Shown here piece after piece: positions 1 through 10,403 of a stretch of 64,000 nt of DNA. Below the pieces are notes generated by a model. The model ran no database searches. It was not told where the DNA came from and saw nothing but the letters and a program-made list of their open reading frames with translations. The stretch is from Candidatus Falkowbacteria bacterium (GTDB lineage Bacteria > Patescibacteriota > Patescibacteriia > CAIXNZ01). The stretch lies in assembly GCA_016927685.1 (NCBI GenBank), contig JAFGMD010000021.1, positions 21,913 through 85,912 of the forward strand, written 5' to 3'. Every line of letters begins with the position of its first letter. Position 1 is the first letter of the stretch. Position numbers and translations under genes: made by a program.

Positions 1-2
1 AC

Positions 3-521
3 ATTGGCGTTGGAATAGCTATTGCTTGCATTGGATTTGTACTGGGCGGCATATTTGGCGGATTGGGTATATTTAGTCTTGTTCTAAGCGGAATTTTAAT
101 AGCTTTTTTCGGTATTTTTATGCCTGCCAGGACAAAAGAGGGGGTATTAGCCAAAGAGCATATTTTAGGATTAAAAATGTATCTAAATGTTGCTGAGAAA
201 GCTAGGATTGAATTTCATAATGCACCAGCTAAAAATCCAGAAACATTTGAAAAATATTTGCCCTTTGCCATGGTTTTGGGCGTGGAAAAAGCATGGGCTA
301 AACAGTTTGAAGATATATATAATACCAAGCCTGACTGGTATAATGATCCATCAACTTCCAGTTTCAATTCCATGGCGCTTGTTAATAATTTAAATACTTT
401 TAGCGCTGAAGCGCGCTCCACTTTATCTTCTGCACCAGCTTCTGCTTCCAGCGGTTCTAGCGGCTTTGGCGGTGGCGGTTCTGGCGGAGGAGGCGGTGGG
501 GGTGGGGGAGGATCTTGGTAA
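3..521 (+). CDS. DUF2207-family membrane protein, C-terminal part (5'-truncated by window)
   Basis: Frame open from window start; FEKYLPFAMVLGVEKAWAKQF motif and terminal GGGGGGSW typical of DUF2207. Confidence 0.85.
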   Translation: MGVGIAIACIGFVLGGIFGGLGIFSLVLSGILIAFFGIFMPARTKEGVLAKEHILGLKMYLNVAEKARIEFHNAPAKNPETFEKYLPFAMVLGVEKAWAKQFEDIYNTKPDWYNDPSTSSFNSMALVNNLNTFSAEARSTLSSAPASASSGSSGFGGGGSGGGGGGGGGGSW

Positions 522-569
522 ATTCTAAATACTAAATTCTAAATCCTAAAAAATAGGAATATTATTTTA

Positions 570-1571
570 ATGAACAAATTCTATACTCAATTTAACGATA
601 TCTTAAAAAATCAGCCTGCTTATAGAGTAAAACAGATTAAGCAGGCGATTTTTGTTGAACTCATTGATAATTGGGATAAAGCCATGACTTTACCTAAAGA
701 CCTTAGAATAGAATTGGCAAAAAAATTACCCCTGGAAATTAAGGCGCAAATTTTTGAATCAAAAGATGAGGATGCTGCCAAGGCTTTAATAACCTTAAGC
801 GATGGCCTAAAAGTTGAAACAGTGTTGATGAAACATAATCGCCGAAATACTGTTTGCGTTTCTTCGCAAGTCGGTTGTCCTTTGGGGTGTAAATTTTGCG
901 CCACAGGCGCCATGGGGTTTAAAAGAAATTTGGAAACTTGGGAAATAGTCAGCCAGGTTTTATTTTTTGCCAGAATTTTAAAAGCCCAAGGTGATAGGGT
1001 AGACAATATCGTTTTTATGGGCATGGGTGAGCCATTTTTAAATTATGATAATGTCATGGAGGCGATTAGAATTATTAATGATCCTCATGGCCTGTCCATT
1101 GGCATTCGTCATTTTTCCATTTCTACAATTGGTATAATCGAAGGTATTGAAAAGTTTGCTGATGAGAAAATGCAGGTTAATTTGGCCATTTCTTTACATG
1201 CGCCAGATGACAGGACTAGGATTGGCATAATTCCTTGCGGTAAAAAGTATACTATTCATAAAATTTTAGAAGCAGTTGATAATTATATTGCCAAAACTAA
1301 TCGTAAGGTAATGTTTGAATATTTGCTCATAAAAGATGTGAATGATTCAGATGAATTTGCTTTAAAATTAGCCAAATTAATGAAAAAACCACTTTATTTT
1401 GTGAACTTAATAACGTATAATAAAACTGGGGCCTATCAGCCACCCTCCACTGATAAGATAAAGCATTTTAAAGATATTTTAGAGAAAAACAGGGTATTTA
1501 CCACCTTAAGATACCGCTTTGGTGCTGATATTGAAGCCGCTTGTGGGCAATTAGCAGCTAAGAACAAATAA
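570..1571 (+). CDS. rlmN: 23S rRNA m2A2503 / tRNA A37 radical SAM methyltransferase
   Basis: CVSSQVGCPLGCKFC, MGMGEP, AACGQL motifs. Confidence 0.95.
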   Translation: MNKFYTQFNDILKNQPAYRVKQIKQAIFVELIDNWDKAMTLPKDLRIELAKKLPLEIKAQIFESKDEDAAKALITLSDGLKVETVLMKHNRRNTVCVSSQVGCPLGCKFCATGAMGFKRNLETWEIVSQVLFFARILKAQGDRVDNIVFMGMGEPFLNYDNVMEAIRIINDPHGLSIGIRHFSISTIGIIEGIEKFADEKMQVNLAISLHAPDDRTRIGIIPCGKKYTIHKILEAVDNYIAKTNRKVMFEYLLIKDVNDSDEFALKLAKLMKKPLYFVNLITYNKTGAYQPPSTDKIKHFKDILEKNRVFTTLRYRFGADIEAACGQLAAKNK

Positions 1572-1573
1572 AA

Positions 1574-2038
1574 ATGAAGTTAAATTACATCACAATTCCG
1601 ATAATTACTATTGCCGTTTCAGTATTAGGTAGTTTTTTAACTAGCGCTGGTATGGATTGGTATAAAACTTTAAAATTGCCATCTATAGCGCCTGGCGGAA
1701 ATATAATTGGCAGTGTTTGGACAGTTATTTTTATACTTTCAACTATTTCAGCATTGATTGTTTGGAATAACATTCCTAAAACAAATTTATTCTGGTGGAT
1801 TATTGGATTATTTATAGCAAATGCGATTTTGAATGTGCTATGGAGCTTTATTTTCTTTTATTCTCAAAGCATTGGACCCTCAATTATTGAAATGATAATT
1901 TTAGAACTTACAGTTTTGTGTCTATGCATTTTAATTTGGCCATTTTCCAAGATCGCTTCAATTTTACTTTGGCCATACGCGGCTTGGGTTATTTTTGCTA
2001 CATATCTGGCCTATAATATTTGGATTTTAAATAAATAG
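1574..2038 (+). CDS. TspO/MBR tryptophan-rich membrane protein
   Basis: WYKTLKLP, LNVLWSFIFF, LWPYAAWVIFATYL motifs; five hydrophobic segments. Confidence 0.9.
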   Translation: MKLNYITIPIITIAVSVLGSFLTSAGMDWYKTLKLPSIAPGGNIIGSVWTVIFILSTISALIVWNNIPKTNLFWWIIGLFIANAILNVLWSFIFFYSQSIGPSIIEMIILELTVLCLCILIWPFSKIASILLWPYAAWVIFATYLAYNIWILNK

Positions 2039-2076
2039 GTCTTTTGACCTAATATCTAATAATTAACGTTAAAAAC

Positions 2077-2283
2077 ATGAGAAGATTAAATGTCATGGAT
2101 TTAATTGCTTTTATTCTAGTGATCGTTGGCGCACTTAACTGGGGCTTGGTTGGTATATTCAACCTTAACCTTGTTACTGCAATTTTAGGCTCAATCCCTG
2201 TTTTAGTAACAATTGTTTATGTTTTAGTCGGATTGGCAGGCGTTTATTGCATTTATTTGCTTTTAAACGTTGGCAAAAAATAA
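2077..2283 (+). CDS. DUF378 small membrane protein
   Basis: LVIVGALNWGLVG...VYVLVGLAG signature. Confidence 0.9.
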   Translation: MRRLNVMDLIAFILVIVGALNWGLVGIFNLNLVTAILGSIPVLVTIVYVLVGLAGVYCIYLLLNVGKK

Positions 2284-2363
2284 GAATTTTTCAAAAACCC
2301 TCTTGCTTTTTGGCCAGAGGGTTTTGAATTGAATTAATGTTTGAATTATGGTAAATTAGGCAT

Positions 2364-4166
2364 ATGCTAAATTCACAAATTGAAGAAATAAAATCAAAAA
2401 TTGATATTGTTGATTTGATCTCCGAATACACTGCTTTAAAGCCAGCTGGAACTAATTGGAAAGCGCGCTGTCCGTTTCATAATGAAAGAACACCGTCTTT
2501 TATGGTTTCGCGAGATAAGCAAATTTGGCACTGTTTTGGTTGTGGCGAAGGCGGAGATATTTTTGAATTTGTGCAAAAAATAGAGGGTATGGAATTTTCT
2601 GAGGCTTTAAGGCATTTAGCCGAGAAGGCCGGAGTAAAATTAAAGAAAGTTGACCCTGCCATTGTTTCGCAAAAAACTAAATTATTAGATATTCTTAAAG
2701 TAGCCGCTGAATTTTTTCATTTGTCTTTATTAAAAACCCAAGAAGGCAAAATTGGTCGTGATTATATTGAAAAACGAAATTTATCTCAAAAAACAGTTTC
2801 TGATTTTAAAATTGGTTATGCGCCTGATTCTTGGGACAAGCTTTTAAATTTTTTAATTAAAAAGGGTTTTAAGCAAAACGAAATTTTACTTTCTGGCATG
2901 GTTATAAAGAACGAAAAGGGGCAATGTTATGACCGTTTTAGGTTAAGATTAATGTTTCCGATTTTTGATCAGCATGGTGCTGTTGTTGGTTTTACCGGCA
3001 GAATTTTAAATGAAGAAAAGCAGGATCAAGGCGGTAAATATGTAAATACGCCGCAAACAACGATATATAACAAGAGTTTGGTAATTTATGGTTTAGATAA
3101 AGCAAAAAATGAAATAAAGAAAAAAGATTTGGCAGTTATTGTTGAAGGCAATATGGATGTAGTCGCCTCTCATCAAGCTGGCATAACTAATGTAGTGGCT
3201 TCATCTGGGACTGCTTTAACGCAAGAACAACTTAAATTGTTAAAGCGCTATACAAATAATATTGCCTTATCATTTGATGCTGATTTGGCTGGTCAAGCTG
3301 CTGCAGAAAGAGGAATTGATGCAGCGTTGGCTTTGGGATTTAATATTAAAATTATTCAGTTACCTAAAGAAATAAATGGCAAATCCATAAAAGACCCCGA
3401 TGATTGCATAAAACAAGGTCAGGAATTTTGGCAAAAAGCCATAGATTCAGCAATTTCTATTATGGATTTTTATTTTGATAAAGTTTTTTTAAAATATAAC
3501 AAGGATAATCCAGAACAACGCAAGGAAATAGCCAATAAACTCTTTAAGCAAATAGCTAAATTGCCGGATTTAGTGGAGCGGGATTTTTATCTGACAAAAT
3601 TAGCTCAAAAACTGGATGTTCCTGAGAATATTTTAAGAGAGGCCTTTCATCCTTTTAATGACTCAAAGCAAAAAAATACTAATGAAGAAACTCTCTTTAA
3701 TAAAAAGAAAATTGATAGAGAAATAATGTTGGCGAGGCAATTAGTAGCCATAATTTTAAAATATCCCCAAAACCTTGATTATGTAATTAGTCATTTGGAG
3801 GTAGAAACATTGCCCGATTCGCAATTACAGCAAATTTACAGGGAAATTATTTTATATTATAATGATAAGAAGGAGTTTGATTATTCTCAATTTGAAAAAA
3901 TATTATCAGACAAGACCAAAGAATTACTCAACCCAACTTCTACCTTGTTGCTATTAGCTGATAAGGATTTTTTTGATTTTACAGATGATCAAATAGAAAG
4001 AGAATTAATTAATATTGTTTCGGCTTTAAAAAAAGATTATATTAATAAAAAATTAAAACAGGTGCAAATGCTGATTGCTCAGGCGGAAAAACAAAAGAAT
4101 AAACAGCAAATCGAAGAACTGGCCAAGGAATTTTCAATCTTAACTTCAAAATTAAACAACTTATAA
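2364..4166 (+). CDS. dnaG: DNA primase
   Basis: CPFH..HCFGC zinc finger, DRFR, KYVNTP, EGNMDV Toprim, FDADLAG. Confidence 0.97.
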   Translation: MLNSQIEEIKSKIDIVDLISEYTALKPAGTNWKARCPFHNERTPSFMVSRDKQIWHCFGCGEGGDIFEFVQKIEGMEFSEALRHLAEKAGVKLKKVDPAIVSQKTKLLDILKVAAEFFHLSLLKTQEGKIGRDYIEKRNLSQKTVSDFKIGYAPDSWDKLLNFLIKKGFKQNEILLSGMVIKNEKGQCYDRFRLRLMFPIFDQHGAVVGFTGRILNEEKQDQGGKYVNTPQTTIYNKSLVIYGLDKAKNEIKKKDLAVIVEGNMDVVASHQAGITNVVASSGTALTQEQLKLLKRYTNNIALSFDADLAGQAAAERGIDAALALGFNIKIIQLPKEINGKSIKDPDDCIKQGQEFWQKAIDSAISIMDFYFDKVFLKYNKDNPEQRKEIANKLFKQIAKLPDLVERDFYLTKLAQKLDVPENILREAFHPFNDSKQKNTNEETLFNKKKIDREIMLARQLVAIILKYPQNLDYVISHLEVETLPDSQLQQIYREIILYYNDKKEFDYSQFEKILSDKTKELLNPTSTLLLLADKDFFDFTDDQIERELINIVSALKKDYINKKLKQVQMLIAQAEKQKNKQQIEELAKEFSILTSKLNNL

Positions 4167-4171
4167 TATTT

Positions 4172-5401
4172 ATGCCTAAAAAAACAAAGAAAAAATTTTC
4201 TTCTAAAGTGAGAAAAATAAAAAAACTGCGTCCTAAAAAGAAATTAGGCAAGAAGGCTAAAAAAGCAGGCAGAAAGAAAAAAGCAGGCAGAAAGGGCAAG
4301 CGCGAAATAAAGAGGCCAACGGATGATCAATTAAATTTGCTTTTAGCCAAGGGCAGAAGTCGTGGTTTTGTGACTGAGCATGAATTATTAATGACCTTTC
4401 CTGAAGTTGAAGATTATATTGATACATTTGAAAAGTTTTTAGATATTTTAGACCAAAATAGCGTACAAATAGTATCTTTAAAAGGCGGAATGTTAATGAA
4501 AAGCAAGGAAAAAGATGAAGCACTTGGCAAAACAAGCACCGGCAAGGAAAGAAAAAAAATTGAATTAGCAGACATTAGCAGTGAAGATTCAATCCAAATG
4601 TATCTTCGCGAAATCGGTAAAGTCCCGCTTTTAAAAGGTGAGGAAGAAATGGCTTTGGCGCGCCGAAAAGATAAGGGTGATCAAGAAGCAGTAAAAAAAT
4701 TAATAGAAGCTAATTTGCGCTTAGTTGTGTCTATCGCCAAAAAATTCGTGGGAAAAAACATGTCTCTGCTTGATTTGATTCAAGAGGGTAATATGGGTTT
4801 ATTTAAAGCAGTAGAAAAATTTGACCCTAGCAAGGGCTATAAGTTCTCAACTTATGCTACTTGGTGGATAAGGCAGGCCATTACCAGATCTTTGGCTGAT
4901 CAATCAAGGACAATAAGAATTCCAGTCCATATGGTGGAAACAATAAATAAATTCCAGCAGGTCCAAAGGCGTTTAATTCAGGATTTGGGTCGCGAGCCAT
5001 TGCCAGAAGAAATTGCTGCTGAAATGGGGGAAGACGTAGAAAAGGTTAGGCATATTATTAATATTTCACAAGAAACAGTGTCATTAGAAACATCAGTGGG
5101 CGAGGATGAAGATGATTCAACATTAGAGGACTTCATTGAAGATGTAAAAAATATGGCGCCAGACCGTTCTGCTGCTTTACAGCTTTTAAGGGATTATGTT
5201 AAAGAAATTATCAGCGAATTATCACCTAGAGAGCAAAAAATATTAGAAATGCGCTTTGGTTTAACTGACGGCGTAGCTCATACCCTAGAAGAGGTTGGAA
5301 AGGAATTTGATGTGACTCGCGAACGTATCAGACAGATTGAAGCCAAGGCATTAGAAAAAATAAAAATGCATCACCAGATTGAAAAATTAAAAGATTTCTA
5401 A
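4172..5401 (+). CDS. rpoD: Primary sigma factor with Lys-rich N-terminal extension
   Basis: [44 protein letters not shown]; follows dnaG. Confidence 0.97.
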   Translation: MPKKTKKKFSSKVRKIKKLRPKKKLGKKAKKAGRKKKAGRKGKREIKRPTDDQLNLLLAKGRSRGFVTEHELLMTFPEVEDYIDTFEKFLDILDQNSVQIVSLKGGMLMKSKEKDEALGKTSTGKERKKIELADISSEDSIQMYLREIGKVPLLKGEEEMALARRKDKGDQEAVKKLIEANLRLVVSIAKKFVGKNMSLLDLIQEGNMGLFKAVEKFDPSKGYKFSTYATWWIRQAITRSLADQSRTIRIPVHMVETINKFQQVQRRLIQDLGREPLPEEIAAEMGEDVEKVRHIINISQETVSLETSVGEDEDDSTLEDFIEDVKNMAPDRSAALQLLRDYVKEIISELSPREQKILEMRFGLTDGVAHTLEEVGKEFDVTRERIRQIEAKALEKIKMHHQIEKLKDF

Positions 5402-5404
5402 AAT

Positions 5405-5432
5405 AAAAAAGCCACGCGTTGCGTGGCTTTTT
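5405..5432. terminator. Bidirectional intrinsic terminator
   Basis: aaaaaagccacgc-gtt-gcgtggcttttt between convergent genes. Confidence 0.8.
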
Positions 5433-5435
5433 GAT

Positions 5436-5891
5436 TTAAGCCGACAAAAGCTCAAGTTCATGATAATGGCAGATAGAAATTGTAGGGTGGTCTTCACCAA
5501 TTTTATCCAAAACTTCTTTAGTTTTGTCTAGCCAGCGAGCATCGCAAGGCATAAGATCAGTCTGATTGAAACAAACAAGTGCGTCCTCTTTTGTTAAGAA
5601 AAGAGCAACTATTTTTGATGTACCAGCCCTCCACCACATAGTATTGACTATTTCAAGACGGCGCTCTTCTCCGGTCTGGGAAGATAACATACTATGAGCT
5701 TCGGGGATATAAAATTGTAAATTCTTAGCAATTGCTAACATAGGACCACTAATTTTTTCACTAATCTCTATTTTTCCTTCTTTTTTCTGGGCGATCTTTT
5801 CTGCAAAAGGCTGACCACTTTCATTCTTGGATATTACCATGTAAAGCGAATTCTTTGTTACAGCATAGAATTTTTCCAAAATTTCTGACAT
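5436..5891 (-). CDS. Hypothetical protein (SD-led accessory cassette)
   Basis: ORF preceded by AAGGAGG; TTGACA on minus strand near 5937-5942. Confidence 0.75.
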   Translation of the reverse strand: MSEILEKFYAVTKNSLYMVISKNESGQPFAEKIAQKKEGKIEISEKISGPMLAIAKNLQFYIPEAHSMLSSQTGEERRLEIVNTMWWRAGTSKIVALFLTKEDALVCFNQTDLMPCDARWLDKTKEVLDKIGEDHPTISICHYHELELLSA

Positions 5892-6021
5892 AAACACCTC
5901 CTTTTATATATTTCTTTTATCAGCTTGAGAATATTTTGTCAATATAATATTAATTCATTGACTTGAAGATTTTTTTGTGCTATTATATCATATATAAAAC
6001 GAATTTCACTTCGTTTTTTTA

Positions 6022-6069
6022 TTCCGGGGTAGCGCAGTTTCCGCCAGAGGCGGATCAGCCTTCGGCTGA
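6022..6069 (+). repeat. Duplicated tRNA-Asn 5' end plus double-hairpin REP-like palindrome
   Basis: ttccggggtagcgcagt 6022-6038 equals 6344-6360; tccgcc-aga-ggcgga and tcagcc-ttc-ggctga hairpins. Confidence 0.85.
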
Positions 6070-6092
6070 GGCTGTCTTAAGGGCTTAAAATT

Positions 6093-6338
6093 ATGTATTA
6101 TGTTTACGTATTAAAAAGCTTAAAGAATGGCAAAAGATATGTTGGCTTTACCAGTAAACAATTGAATGCTAGATTTAAGGAACACAATGCTGGTTCTAAT
6201 AAATGGACACGAGAAAATAGACCTTTTATAAATATATATTCAGAAGAATATAAAACAAAAACCGAAGCAATGAAACGCGAAAAATTTCTAAAATCTGGGC
6301 AAGGAAGAAAAATTTTAGATAGTATTATCGATAAGTAA
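6093..6338 (+). CDS. Small stand-alone GIY-YIG nuclease
   Basis: YVYVL..RYVGFT..ARFKEHN..EAMKREKFLKSGQGR. Confidence 0.92.
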   Translation: MYYVYVLKSLKNGKRYVGFTSKQLNARFKEHNAGSNKWTRENRPFINIYSEEYKTKTEAMKREKFLKSGQGRKILDSIIDK

Positions 6339-6344
6339 TAATTT

Positions 6345-6419
6345 TCCGGGGTAGCGCAGTGGTAGCGCAGTTGGCTGTTAACCAATTGGTCGTGGGTTCG
6401 AATCCCACCCCCGGAGCCA
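6345..6419 (+). tRNA. tRNA-Asn(GTT)
   Basis: Acceptor tccgggg/ccccgga, anticodon arm ttgg-ctGTTaa-ccaa, GGTTCGAATCC T-arm, 3' CCA. Confidence 0.97.
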
Positions 6420-8006
6420 TTCTGCACGAACAGAGGCGAGAGCCTCTGTTTTTGCTTTGTTTAAGGGCAGTATCTTTGGTTCTAACCTTAGATATTCTTT
6501 TTCTAAGACTGAATAACTATTTTTTATTGGGAGAAACCAATTATTGGCGGAAATAGTGAGTTTCCCGTCTTTCATCAAAAAGTTCGAGCCTAAAGCCATT
6601 ACAATGCTTTTCTTGGCTTGTAAATCTCCCAATAAGAAGTTTTTGTAAGCATAAGTAGCAAAGTTAAAGGTATTTTCAGTCAATTCTAACCAACGCTCTG
6701 CTCTGGCTTCGGTCTCCCGTAATTTTTCTTTTAGCTGAATTATTTTTGATTGGAGTAAATTTTTTTCTTTGGTAAAAGCTTCATCATCAATCAGCTCCCT
6801 ATATCGCATTTTGGTAAGCTCATCAATTTCTTTTTGGGTTTTTAGCAAATCAATGCTTAAGCTTTCGTGAATTTTACTTCGGTCTTCAATTTCCTTATCA
6901 TTTGACTGATTTAATACTCCCAAAGCCCAATCTCTAAAATCTGGTAAAATTGTAATGCTTTTTAGTTCATCCAAGATTTGATTTTCTAATTCTTCCTCTC
7001 TGATAACTTTTTTTTGGGAGCAATTTACTCTTATTGTTTTTCTGGTGCAATGGTAGTAAGTATATTTTTTAATCACCCCCGTGCTTTTAATAAACTTCTT
7101 TTTAATTTCAGCCGTATAAAGACAACCGCATTCAGCACATCTGATAAGTCCAGTAAAAGCGAATTTATATTTTTGCGGTCTTGGCTTGCCCTTTTTGCCA
7201 AGTAAAATCTGCACTCGGTCAAATTCTTCCAATGTAATAATTGGTTTGTGATTGCCCTGATATTGTTTGCCAGCCCAATCAATAATGCCAGCATAGAAAA
7301 TATTGTTAAAAATTCTGTATATCCCGCTTTTAGATAATTTGTTATCGCCAATCCTTTTATATTTTTTAGTTCTAAAGCCCCATTCATTATTAGCTAATTC
7401 AAGAATTTTAGGCGGTGTATAATTGCCAGTCAGCATTAAATCCCACATTTTCCTAACCAAGTTAAAACGCTCTGGGTCTTCAGCGATTGTTTTATTTTCT
7501 TTATCGTTGACATAGCCAAGGGGAGCTAAATTGGGCAACCAGCCTTTTTCTAATTTACTTTCCAAACCTCTTTTAGTATTTTTCTTTAAATCAAGGATGT
7601 ATTGATTGGCAACGCCAGTTTCAACACTAAAAAGCAGAACATTGTCATCTGGGAGATATTGCCTATCTATTGTTTGAATTGATTTAAGCGTCCCTTGCTG
7701 TAAAAGCCAGCCTAATTTACCGCTATCAATCGGATTTCTTGAAAGGCGGTTTATTTGCCAGCATAAAATCCCATCTGCTTCGCCTTGCTCTATTTTTTGT
7801 ATCATTTCATCAAATAGGGGTCTGTTATAGGGTTTCTTGGCAGATTTGGCTTCAGTATAAATCTTTTTAATGCTTAAATTCGTTTCTTGAGCTAATTTTT
7901 TTAAGCGGTTGATTTGGTCATCAATTGACTGGACTTGGCGGTCTTCACTTTCAGATGATTTTCTGGCGTAGAGAAAATATTTGATTTTTGATTTATTTTC
8001 GGTCAT
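6378..8006 (-). CDS. Large serine recombinase/integrase; last codons read antisense through the tRNA
   Basis: YARKSSE catalytic motif, NRLSRN, APLGY, RCAECG..YYHC zinc ribbon, coiled coil; ends WLRGWDSNPRPIG. Confidence 0.95.
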   Translation of the reverse strand: MTENKSKIKYFLYARKSSESEDRQVQSIDDQINRLKKLAQETNLSIKKIYTEAKSAKKPYNRPLFDEMIQKIEQGEADGILCWQINRLSRNPIDSGKLGWLLQQGTLKSIQTIDRQYLPDDNVLLFSVETGVANQYILDLKKNTKRGLESKLEKGWLPNLAPLGYVNDKENKTIAEDPERFNLVRKMWDLMLTGNYTPPKILELANNEWGFRTKKYKRIGDNKLSKSGIYRIFNNIFYAGIIDWAGKQYQGNHKPIITLEEFDRVQILLGKKGKPRPQKYKFAFTGLIRCAECGCLYTAEIKKKFIKSTGVIKKYTYYHCTRKTIRVNCSQKKVIREEELENQILDELKSITILPDFRDWALGVLNQSNDKEIEDRSKIHESLSIDLLKTQKEIDELTKMRYRELIDDEAFTKEKNLLQSKIIQLKEKLRETEARAERWLELTENTFNFATYAYKNFLLGDLQAKKSIVMALGSNFLMKDGKLTISANNWFLPIKNSYSVLEKEYLRLEPKILPLNKAKTEALASVRAEWLRGWDSNPRPIG

Positions 8007-8031
8007 ATAATTATAATTTAATAATTAAAAT

Positions 8032-8150
8032 GGACGGTTCTGGTTAACCCAACACACTTGCCCGAAGGTAGTTTTGTCGGCAGAACCGCCCATTAAAAGC
8101 GACAAAAAATAATAAATCCTTCGAACATAGATTGTGTGTGGGTTAACACT
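8032..8150 (-). ncRNA. Structured leader RNA upstream of the recombinase (c4/CI-like topology)
   Basis: Nested stems gttaaccca/tgggttaac, cgaagg/ccttcg, ttttgtcg/cgacaaaa; alternative pairing 8032-8042 with 8081-8091. Confidence 0.6.
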
Positions 8151-8194
8151 TGTATTATAGCCTATTTTAAAGATTAAGTAAAATTAAATTTCAT

Positions 8195-9031
8195 CTAATT
8201 TATTTTCTCTTTTATCACTTCGCTTGCCTTGGGATAACTTGCATACATTTTATCATTTTCTTCCTTGCCATAAGTCATTGCTATAAGTTGCTTTACTCTT
8301 ATTTTAAACATTGCTTTTTGTTCTTCAGTTATTTCATTATTTGTCTGGTTAGACTGATTAAAATTATTTTGTTGAGAAACTAGAAATTTATTATTATCAA
8401 GCATTGCTGGCAAAAAACCAAATCTAACTAACAACTTATCAAGTTCATTTAAATGATTAGACAGTTTAGCAAGGGATATTTGTAAAAATTCATAACTTAA
8501 AACTAATGACTTGCTGGGCATTAAATCGCCTGCATTGGCTTTTTTAATTTTCTTTTTTAAATTGCCGATACCTTCTTCCATTGATAAAACAATACTTTCT
8601 GATTTTTGATATAATTTCACCCTTGCCGAAAAAATATCAAAATCTTTTAATACTCTGCCTATTTTAACTTCATCTCTTAGTCGCAATGCTATACCTTGAA
8701 CTTCAAGTTCTTGATTTTCCTTGCTCAACTTCTTTTTAAAATCATTTATACTAACAACGCTTGGTATAAGTTCTTTGGGTATATCTGGAAATTCTCTAAG
8801 CATATCTTCTAAAAAAAATGGGGCTGGAACGCTTAAGGTTATCAATGCTTTTATGGCAAACTCACGAAAACCTTTTTTGGTATTCATCAAATATCCAAGC
8901 TTCCCGCCATACTTTTTATACTTTATAGCAGTTTGAATATATTCTTTACCGACTGTATGTTTCTTTGGTTTAACATTAACTTGCTTATTCTCTTGCGGAT
9001 TTTTCTCTATTTGTAATTTTAATTTTGCCAT
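8195..9031 (-). CDS. Hypothetical island protein
   Basis: Long ORF; ATG at 9031; no family recognised. Confidence 0.7.
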   Translation of the reverse strand: MAKLKLQIEKNPQENKQVNVKPKKHTVGKEYIQTAIKYKKYGGKLGYLMNTKKGFREFAIKALITLSVPAPFFLEDMLREFPDIPKELIPSVVSINDFKKKLSKENQELEVQGIALRLRDEVKIGRVLKDFDIFSARVKLYQKSESIVLSMEEGIGNLKKKIKKANAGDLMPSKSLVLSYEFLQISLAKLSNHLNELDKLLVRFGFLPAMLDNNKFLVSQQNNFNQSNQTNNEITEEQKAMFKIRVKQLIAMTYGKEENDKMYASYPKASEVIKEKIN

Positions 9032-9209
9032 AGTTGCTTTTTTTAGGTATTTTCTCTTTATTTCTCTATAATAAAGAAAGTTAATTATTATCACTAAAGA
9101 AGTAATATATTAAGTATCAACACATTATAGGAATAGACTTTAAAGTTCTTTTATTTTGCTATATAGTATTATAATACTATTACTTTAGAATTCTATATCC
9201 ATTGCTAAA

Positions 9210-9527
9210 CTAATCCCTTTCGTTTATTGATTGGCTTATCAGATATTCAGTATGTTCAGTATTAAATTTTTCTAAAACTAACTTGCAAAATGAATTCCAC
9301 AGCTCCTTATCATCAGTCCAAAATATCTTTATCCATTTACCGCCCCCAGAACGATTAGCGGGCGGATATGCTACAAAGGGTTCTTTATTTTCAAATATTG
9401 ATTTTCTAATAGTGAAACCTCTGATTTCAAACTGCCCAATTATTAAAATCATTGTAGCTGGCATTTCTGGATTGTCAGTAAATTTGAATTTGAATTTTAA
9501 AGCATTTAAATCTATAGTCATAGTCAT
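9210..9527 (-). CDS. SpoVG-like nucleic-acid-binding protein
   Basis: FEIRGFTIRKS...FVAYPP...W pattern resembles SpoVG family. Confidence 0.55.
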   Translation of the reverse strand: MTMTIDLNALKFKFKFTDNPEMPATMILIIGQFEIRGFTIRKSIFENKEPFVAYPPANRSGGGKWIKIFWTDDKELWNSFCKLVLEKFNTEHTEYLISQSINERD

Positions 9528-9572
9528 TTATGTTAATAGCTTAAATAAATCGCTGTAATCGCCAATTTGCCC

Positions 9573-9800
9573 CTAATTTGGGCGGTCTTCAGAGGTGTTA
9601 GCAAAAAGCTCAAGATGTTTTAATATGCCCCTTTTATCGCTTTGGGAGTAATCGTCTTTAACTACCAGTCGATTAAACCAATGGCTGATTGTCTTTTTAG
9701 TAAAACCTCGACCCTTTATTGCCATCGCAAAGCAAAGATAAGAGCTGTAATAGGAATTTCTATTTTGGATTTTGGTAAATCTCCGTGCTAAAGATTTCAT
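9573..9800 (-). CDS. Small hypothetical island protein
   Basis: ATG ORF in co-oriented island gene run. Confidence 0.7.
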   Translation of the reverse strand: MKSLARRFTKIQNRNSYYSSYLCFAMAIKGRGFTKKTISHWFNRLVVKDDYSQSDKRGILKHLELFANTSEDRPN

Positions 9801-9834
9801 AATTTTAATGTTAATTATAATTATTTAAGGATTT

Positions 9835-10017
9835 TTAATTTTGTTTCATCTTCTCCCAAACTTCTTTAAATTCTGTTTCGGTCATCGGCTTGTAAATCAA
9901 TTTAAATAACTCAACGAGCTTTGCTCCCATATCATAGGCAACTTCACGGCTTATTTCCTTGCCGAAGTTTTTTTTATAGATATTCTGAAATTTTATTATT
10001 TGCTCATCGCTTAGCAT
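9835..10017 (-). CDS. Small hypothetical island protein
   Basis: 60-aa ATG ORF, co-oriented with neighbours. Confidence 0.7.
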   Translation of the reverse strand: MLSDEQIIKFQNIYKKNFGKEISREVAYDMGAKLVELFKLIYKPMTETEFKEVWEKMKQN

Positions 10018-10032
10018 AAGTAAGCATTTTAT

Positions 10033-10293
10033 TTATTCGCTATAAATCCTGTTTTTAAGCATTTTGATATTATCAAAAAGTGTGCGGGCATTAACTTTTA
10101 GGTTGTCTTGCCAGTAATTGTTTATGGCAAGGTCAATGCTTTCAGCACGCTTAAAAATAAACTGCACTTTTTTAGAATTGGTCTTGTCTAAACCAACCAA
10201 TTCATAATCAAGGGATACTAAGACAGAAGCCAATCCTAAATCAAAGGTTAAAAAAATTTCTGACGGCTGTAATTGGGAGCAATTTTTTGTCAT
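10033..10293 (-). CDS. DUF5659-like phage-associated small protein
   Basis: DLGLAS.L...VQFIF...F..IK.LKNRIY pattern. Confidence 0.6.
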   Translation of the reverse strand: MTKNCSQLQPSEIFLTFDLGLASVLVSLDYELVGLDKTNSKKVQFIFKRAESIDLAINNYWQDNLKVNARTLFDNIKMLKNRIYSE

Positions 10294-10403
10294 ATAATTT
10301 AATGAATAATAAAAAAAGTAAGCTTAATGTTAGCTTACTTAATTGTGTGTATTTTTGAGTAGTGGTTATTTGGGGTCTGTTTGGGGTTTATCTGGAGGCT
10401 GTT

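Noticed and set aside
455-521. GGC-rich repeat
   Set aside because: Normal poly-Gly tail of DUF2207 proteins
4258-4293. aaaaaagcaggcagaaag tandem duplication
   Set aside because: Low-complexity coding repeat within the basic RpoD leader
6104-6556. ORFs 6104-6427(-) and 6359-6556(+)
   Set aside because: Shadow translations of the tRNA, nuclease and recombinase
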